Assembly: GCA_021813945.1 (NCBI GenBank) | Contig: JAKAJD010000002.1 | Coordinates: 33,343-97,342 of the forward strand | Reading direction: 5' to 3' | DNA from: a bacterium | GTDB lineage: Bacteria > Patescibacteriota > Microgenomatia > Curtissbacterales > GWA2-41-24 | DNA: 64,000 nt | In this document: positions 58,476 to 64,000 of the stretch, in pieces | Layout: every line of letters begins with the position of its first letter | Position numbering within the stretch: the first letter of the stretch is position 1 | The notes under the pieces: generated by a model | What the model was told of the DNA's origin: nothing | Database searches by the model: none | The model's input: the letters and a program-made list of their open reading frames with translations, nothing else | Program-made: the position numbers and the translations under genes

Positions 58476-59903
58476 TTAAATTCGGGGAAACAAAGGTTTC
58501 TCAGCAGTTACCTTTCCGGTAAACTGATTTAAAATTTTTACAGAAGTTTGGGGCAAAAATGGACCTAAATTAAATGCAATTTCGCGAATTTCCTGGGCAA
58601 TCGGTGAAATCACTTGCTTTAGATCAGCACCTTCAAGCTCCCATGGTTTTTCTTCGTTAATTTTTTTATCCAGTTTTGAAATTTCCTCCCAAAGTGAAAG
58701 AATTGCTAAATCAAATCTGTAATTTCTTAAATTATTAGAGACAGCATTTTTAAAAAAGAAATTTTTCTTTGGAGGTAAAGCAAGATTTGTATCACTTGCA
58801 AGCCGTGCCACTCTTGCCACCAAATTACCTAACCCGTTTGCCAACTCACCATTATATAAATCACGAAATCGGTTTAGAGAAAAGTCACCATCACCCCATG
58901 CCGGAATCTCACGCAATAAATAAAATCGGACGGCTTCAGACCCAAAGTCACTTACCAAATTAAAAGGGTCAATCACATTACCTAAAGTCTTGGAAATTTT
59001 TTGTCCGTCAACTGTAATGTAACCGTGTACAAACTCTTCATCCGGCAGTGGCAAACCAGCCGATTGAAGCATTGCTATCCAATAAACAGCATGAAATCTT
59101 AAAATTCCTTTCCCTAATACCTGAATTTTTTTGGAATTTGCATCCTCCCAAAATTTGTTAAATAGTTTTTGATCAGAACCTCCATATCCCAATGCCGTCA
59201 AATACGTCGTCAACGCATCAAACCAAACATACATAACCTGCGAATCGTCACCTGGCACCGGCACACCCCAGCCTCGGGCGCGTTCTCTTGACCTGGAAAT
59301 GGAAAAATCTTCGAGTCCACTTTTTATAAAACTCAAAACCTCATTCTTTCTCGTTTGTGGAACAATCAAAAGTTTATCTTTTTCAATTAAATTTTCTAGA
59401 AATTTTTGATAGTTTGACAGGTTAAAGAAATAGTTTTCCTCCTCAACTTCATCTGGTTCGGTTAAATGCTCAGGGCACTTGCCACTAACGAGCTCGTCTG
59501 GTGTATAAAATAACTCACAGCCGATACAATACAAGCCGCGATACTGCTTTTTATAAATATCTTCTTTTTTACAAAGCGACCAGAGTTTTTGTGCACCGTA
59601 AAAATGCTCCTTAGAGCTTGTCCTGTTAAAAACATCAAACGTTAAATTCAAAGCGCCCTTAAGGTCAAAAAATCGCTTTGAGTATTTATCAACCAAATCC
59701 TTAGTTTCAACACCTTCTTTTTCCGCCGCCTGAACATTTTTCAGGGAATTTTCATCCGCTCCATCCGAATAAAAAGTCTCATATCCCAAAGCTCTGTAAA
59801 ACCTTGCCAAACAATCGGCTTGCACGTACTCCAGCGCATGTCCTACATGTGGTGCCGCATTAACATAAGGAATTGCCTGTGCTATGTAAATATGCTTTTT
59901 CAT
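58476..59903 (-). CDS. metG: Methionine--tRNA ligase
   Basis: PYVNAAPHVGH, YCIGCE, YVWFDAL, KISKTLGN. Confidence 0.96.
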   Translation of the reverse strand: MKKHIYIAQAIPYVNAAPHVGHALEYVQADCLARFYRALGYETFYSDGADENSLKNVQAAEKEGVETKDLVDKYSKRFFDLKGALNLTFDVFNRTSSKEHFYGAQKLWSLCKKEDIYKKQYRGLYCIGCELFYTPDELVSGKCPEHLTEPDEVEEENYFFNLSNYQKFLENLIEKDKLLIVPQTRKNEVLSFIKSGLEDFSISRSRERARGWGVPVPGDDSQVMYVWFDALTTYLTALGYGGSDQKLFNKFWEDANSKKIQVLGKGILRFHAVYWIAMLQSAGLPLPDEEFVHGYITVDGQKISKTLGNVIDPFNLVSDFGSEAVRFYLLREIPAWGDGDFSLNRFRDLYNGELANGLGNLVARVARLASDTNLALPPKKNFFFKNAVSNNLRNYRFDLAILSLWEEISKLDKKINEEKPWELEGADLKQVISPIAQEIREIAFNLGPFLPQTSVKILNQFTGKVTAEKPLFPRI

Positions 59904-60014
59904 AAGGTCCGATTATATCCAGAAAAGCCTTACTAATCCATTCTCAATCAATTATTATTTGAAGGATATATCAAGTTAAATTATAATCGACAGAAAAATC
60001 TAACAGAAGCCATC

Positions 60015-60839
60015 ATGAATTTGCAAAATATTTCCCAGTATTATGATTCAATGTTACCTTTTTACCGTATTCGCTTCAGCACCAGCTACGGCTTTCATGT
60101 TGGTTATTATGATGAAGATACAAAAAGTAGAAAGGATGCAATTCTCAACTTAAACAAATTAATGGCAGAAAAGGCCGAAATAAAAGATGGAGACCTAATC
60201 TTGGATTCGGGCTGCGGCGTAGGAGGTAGTTGCCTTTGGCTAGTCGATAATTATGATGTAAAAACTATTGGAATAACAATCTCGAAAAAGCAGTTGGATG
60301 TAGCAAAAAAACTGGCTAAAAATTCAAGAATCTCAAAAAAGGCACAGTACTACTTAAGAGATTATACAAAAACTGGTTTCGAAGAAAATATGTTTGATGT
60401 GATTTGGGCAGCAGAGAGTGTTTGCTATGCAACAAGCAAGCCCGATTTCTTAAAAGAATCGTACAGAATTTTAAAAAAAGGTGGTCGCTTGATTGTTGCA
60501 GATGGAATCCTAAAAAGAAAACCAAAAGACGAGAAAGAAAAAAAGCTTTTAGTACAACTTAACAATGGATATGCATTAGAAAATAATACTTTACAAAAAG
60601 ATTTTGAAGCAGACTTGACTAGAGCAAAATTTAAGAAAATAAAATATTTGGATATAAGTAAACGTATTCTTCCTGGTCTGAAGATTCCCTACAAAATCTT
60701 TGTACCAATAGCAACTTTAACTGAAAAGTTAATGCTAACCCCAAAATCTTTGACAGGGACACTTAAAGCAAGCGCTGCCCTTAAAGAACTTGTCAAAAAC
60801 GGTTTGGTGAAATACATGATTTTTTATGCTGAAAAGTAG
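60015..60839 (+). CDS. SAM-dependent methyltransferase, sterol-C24/tocopherol methyltransferase-like
   Basis: FHVGYY, ILDSGCGVGG, GITIS..Q, FDVIWAAES..Y, RILKKGG. Confidence 0.8.
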   Translation: MNLQNISQYYDSMLPFYRIRFSTSYGFHVGYYDEDTKSRKDAILNLNKLMAEKAEIKDGDLILDSGCGVGGSCLWLVDNYDVKTIGITISKKQLDVAKKLAKNSRISKKAQYYLRDYTKTGFEENMFDVIWAAESVCYATSKPDFLKESYRILKKGGRLIVADGILKRKPKDEKEKKLLVQLNNGYALENNTLQKDFEADLTRAKFKKIKYLDISKRILPGLKIPYKIFVPIATLTEKLMLTPKSLTGTLKASAALKELVKNGLVKYMIFYAEK

Positions 60840-60841
60840 TC

Positions 60842-62245
60842 TTAACGGAGAGGATACTTTGAGGGCGATCTAATGATTGAAATTAAGCCTCCCAAGTATG
60901 ACATTTTGTATTTTCCTTTCACTGTAACTTTTTCCCATACATCCGGTAAAGTTTGCCTAGCGAAAAACTTTCTTCTTAAGTAGTCATATTTTTTGAAATC
61001 GTAAATTTCCCAGAAATCTTTTTTAGAATAATAACTGTGCGCATACATAACCTTCCTTCCCCCCAAAGCTTTAAGTTTTTTCTCGATAACATGATTTAAG
61101 CTAAGAAGTGTTTCAACTGATTCGCTTTGCCTTTGCCATACTCCAATGTCTAAAGAGTCCTCATTTACAAAAGTTGGTGAAAGAAATCTCTCTCCCGTTC
61201 TTTTTAAAGGACATAACCATATTGGGTATATTTTTATTTTTTTATGGCAGAAGTCCAAAAATTTTTGGGCACTTTTGTTAGGCAAAATTAGATCCTGAAT
61301 GATGGAATTTTGGGGGCTTTTTAAAGCTTGTAGGAGCCGATACATTCGGTGTGTTTTAAATATTGGGTTTAATAAAAACCGAGTAATCCTATTAAAAGGA
61401 ACTTTGTATGTTTTAAGAATAAATTTACCGGTCCAAAACGCTCCGCGGTCGTATCTGAATAAATATTCACGGATTGGAATGGTCTCATTCCAGATTTTAT
61501 ATTTTTTTGCTATCTCTTCTGCGTGCACATAGAACCAGTCATCAGTTGCTTTTGAAAAGGTAGAAACAGGTGATTCTTCTTTATCGTCCATGGTTCCCAC
61601 CATTACTACTCCCAAATTTTTTGAAAAAAGAATACCATCCACAAAATCAACATTTTTCTTTGTATTGTTTTTTATAACGTTTAGCACCTTTTTAAAACTG
61701 GTTGTTCGAATATAGGTAAGCCGCACGTATTTTTTAGCTGGAATCAATTTGAGCTTTGCACATGTGGTTATCCCGATAGAGCCGTATGAACTAGCAATTC
61801 CATGAAACAAATCCGAATTTTTGCTTTTGCTCACATTTAATGTTTTTCCGTTCCCAAGCACAATTTCATATTCGCTGAAACTTTCGTCAAACAGTCCCCA
61901 TTTAAATGAGCTACTTTCACCGGCACCACCCTGGATTCCTCCACCCACGGTAATTCCAGGAAATTCCATAACAACGGGAGGTATAAGTCCATACTTCAGA
62001 GTCTCATCAACAAGCCTATCCATTGGAACATTTGGCTCAACTATTGCATATCTTCTAGTCTTGTTAACATTTAATACCTGATCAAAATTGCTAATATCTA
62101 TAATTTCATTTTTCTTAAAAGAAAGAACTCTCGTTGAATTTGATGACCCATGGTAAATTCTCACTTTTCTTGCAAGTCTATAATTTTCTGCCATTTCAAG
62201 ACTCAGCATAGAAACCTTGCTAACGTGGTTTTTAGACAACTCCAT
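60842..62245 (-). CDS. FAD-linked oxidoreductase, Delta(24)-sterol reductase (DHCR24)-like
   Basis: VEPNVPMD.L, PPVVMEFPGITVGG..G..GESSSFKWG, SYG.IG, YLFRYDRGAFW, QDL, YPIWLCP, K.MYAH; start ATG 62245 just after the PBP stop. Confidence 0.82.
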   Translation of the reverse strand: MELSKNHVSKVSMLSLEMAENYRLARKVRIYHGSSNSTRVLSFKKNEIIDISNFDQVLNVNKTRRYAIVEPNVPMDRLVDETLKYGLIPPVVMEFPGITVGGGIQGGAGESSSFKWGLFDESFSEYEIVLGNGKTLNVSKSKNSDLFHGIASSYGSIGITTCAKLKLIPAKKYVRLTYIRTTSFKKVLNVIKNNTKKNVDFVDGILFSKNLGVVMVGTMDDKEESPVSTFSKATDDWFYVHAEEIAKKYKIWNETIPIREYLFRYDRGAFWTGKFILKTYKVPFNRITRFLLNPIFKTHRMYRLLQALKSPQNSIIQDLILPNKSAQKFLDFCHKKIKIYPIWLCPLKRTGERFLSPTFVNEDSLDIGVWQRQSESVETLLSLNHVIEKKLKALGGRKVMYAHSYYSKKDFWEIYDFKKYDYLRRKFFARQTLPDVWEKVTVKGKYKMSYLGGLISIIRSPSKYPLR

Positions 62246-62247
62246 AA

Positions 62248-64000
62248 TTATGGATGAGGAGAAGGTGAAGGTGTTGGAGGAGCTGCAGTCTGGGGGCATG
62301 AAACACAATATTGCTTATCCTGATAAACATCTTTAACTACAACTTGGTCTTGCTCCTCTGCATTTGGTGATCCGGCGGAAACGACCTGGCCTGTTGTTTT
62401 ATCAATCCAAAACTTTGCCTTAACGAATGTGTCCTGTTTAGGCTCGGTTCCAGATATAAAATACTCAAAATGGTTGTTTGGACAGGAGTCGTTTTTTGAT
62501 CCACCTGTTGTGCCACAGACATTAATTCCGACCACACCGCTTGGCACATTAAACGATTCGTTAATTTTATCTTTCAAAACATAAGCCATAATCTGATTCC
62601 AGATAGGAGCAGCACCGGTAATACCGGATGCCAGATATTGATTCATCGGCGTATTATCATTATTTCCTACCCAAACCGCAGTAAGATAGGTTGGCGTATA
62701 GCCAATAGTCCAGTTATCCCGCTTATCGTCCGTCGTACCTGTTTTAACCGCAACGGTTTTACCTGGGATAACGAGCCCACTGGTTGGTCCAAACTCCATA
62801 AGCCTTGCCGAATTATCAGAAAGAATTGACGACATCAAAAACGATGTTTGGGGAGAAAGTACTCTTGTACCAGAACGTGGCGTCGATTCTTCAATGACAT
62901 GATCTTGTGCATCCTCGACTTTTAAAATCGGATTTAAATCAACCCTCTTACCTTGGTTTGCAAAAACTCCAAAAGCAGTTGCCATGTCAACCATTTTTAC
63001 CTCGCCGCCGCCTAATGTTAGTGAAAGGCCATAACGTGAAGGATCGGTAAAAGTAGTAATGCCCATAGCCTCGGCTTGAGTAATCATTGCCGGGACACCA
63101 TTTAAGGCAAGAACCTTAACAGCCGGAATATTGAATGAATTACCCAGGGCGATTCTTACCGTTACTGCCCCATGGAATTTCCCGTCGTAATTTACCGGTC
63201 TATACGGCCGGGGACCACCAGAAAAAGTCGTTGGCACATCCATGATTATTGTGGCCGGTGTAATCAGTTTATGTTCAAGTGCGGTTGCGTAGTTTATCGG
63301 CTTAATTGAAGATCCAGGCTGCCTCAGTGCCGTTGTTAAATTTACCGCTCCGTCAATTGAAGTATCAAAATAATCCTTAGAACCAACCATTGCTAAAATT
63401 TCTCCGGTAGATGGTTTCGTCACTAAAGCTGCGCCGTTTGTTACATGCAAATATCCGAGTTTATCAATATTAGACTTCACAATCTCTTCTGCTTTTTCCT
63501 GTAAATCTAAATCCAACGTAGTGGTTACCTTGAGTCCTCCTCTAGAAACAACAGCATCACCATATTTCTCGGCCAAATATTCTCTGACAAACATTACAAA
63601 GTGTGGAGCTTTTATATTTGTTGCTGATGGCTTGAAATCCAACGCCTCCTTTCCTGCCTCATCGGCTTGCGCTTGAGTGATGTAATGCTCATCCACCATT
63701 CGTTTTAAAACCAGAAGTTGCCTGTCCTTTGCCCTTTGAGGGTCTTGGCCATAAGGCGAATAGTAAGTTGGTGCTGCAGGAAGACCGGCCAAAAGAGCAG
63801 ATTGTGCAAGATCCAAATCCTTAACCGATTTGCCAAAGTACTGCTCGCTCGCAGCCTCGACCCCAAATGCTGTTCCACCGTATGGCACTTGATTTAAATA
63901 CATCTCTAAAATCTTATCTTTGGAAAAAGCCATCTCGACCCGAAAAGCCAAGTACAGCTCTTTCGCCTTTCTTGTCAAAGTTCTCTCAGGGGAAAGAAAC
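62248..64000 (-). CDS. Class A penicillin-binding protein (transglycosylase/transpeptidase), 5' end outside window
   Basis: RKAKE, YLNQVPYG, RQPGSSIKP (SxxK), SFN, KTGT. Confidence 0.93.
   Translation of the reverse strand, partial: FLSPERTLTRKAKELYLAFRVEMAFSKDKILEMYLNQVPYGGTAFGVEAASEQYFGKSVKDLDLAQSALLAGLPAAPTYYSPYGQDPQRAKDRQLLVLKRMVDEHYITQAQADEAGKEALDFKPSATNIKAPHFVMFVREYLAEKYGDAVVSRGGLKVTTTLDLDLQEKAEEIVKSNIDKLGYLHVTNGAALVTKPSTGEILAMVGSKDYFDTSIDGAVNLTTALRQPGSSIKPINYATALEHKLITPATIIMDVPTTFSGGPRPYRPVNYDGKFHGAVTVRIALGNSFNIPAVKVLALNGVPAMITQAEAMGITTFTDPSRYGLSLTLGGGEVKMVDMATAFGVFANQGKRVDLNPILKVEDAQDHVIEESTPRSGTRVLSPQTSFLMSSILSDNSARLMEFGPTSGLVIPGKTVAVKTGTTDDKRDNWTIGYTPTYLTAVWVGNNDNTPMNQYLASGITGAAPIWNQIMAYVLKDKINESFNVPSGVVGINVCGTTGGSKNDSCPNNHFEYFISGTEPKQDTFVKAKFWIDKTTGQVVSAGSPNAEEQDQVVVKDVYQDKQYCVSCPQTAAPPTPSPSPHP

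Noticed and set aside
60842-62245. DprE1 partner for the UbiA cluster
   Set aside because: Motifs (MEFPGITVGG, ESSSF, YLFRYDRG) match the DHCR24-like group better, and no DprE2 is adjacent.
62246-62308. N-terminal extension of the FAD oxidoreductase
   Set aside because: Overlaps the PBP 3' end; ATG 62245 is more plausible.
1-64000. CRISPR array, rRNA/tRNA, transposase, integrase, stop-codon recoding
   Set aside because: No regularly spaced repeat-spacer array or recognisable RNA or mobility genes were seen by eye; TGA ends normal genes and conserved proteins are uninterrupted.

Overview
This is a 64-kb core-chromosome segment of a small-genome bacterium. Gene content and style point to Patescibacteria/CPR, probably Microgenomates (inference); the genetic code is standard. 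The left part (1-16.9 kb) is a T4SS-like locus with no relaxase or integrase in view: VirB6-like, PrgI, VirB4, lysozyme-like and M23 genes, interrupted by a 1308-aa orphan and an AAA+/winged-helix regulator. It abuts dciA-dnaN-dnaA / rpmH-rnpA-yidD-yidC-jag. The rest holds surface-glycan genes, rplY, valS, tsaD, csrA, pyrG, groES/EL, a UbiA/WecA/GT-C glycosylation cluster, cell-wall enzymes, tatD, metG and a truncated class A PBP. Highlights: (1) an AT-rich sterol/tocopherol-type methyltransferase plus Delta24-sterol-reductase-like gene pair; (2) an ultra-compact pyrG GGGC-start attenuator; (3) REP-like and heptamer repeats inserted in frame in valS and tatD; (4) an in-frame uORF abutting dnaA; (5) no apparent GC-skew switch at dnaA; (6) many probably leaderless genes. 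No rRNA, tRNA, CRISPR array or transposase was seen. All family calls come from motif recognition, not database searches.
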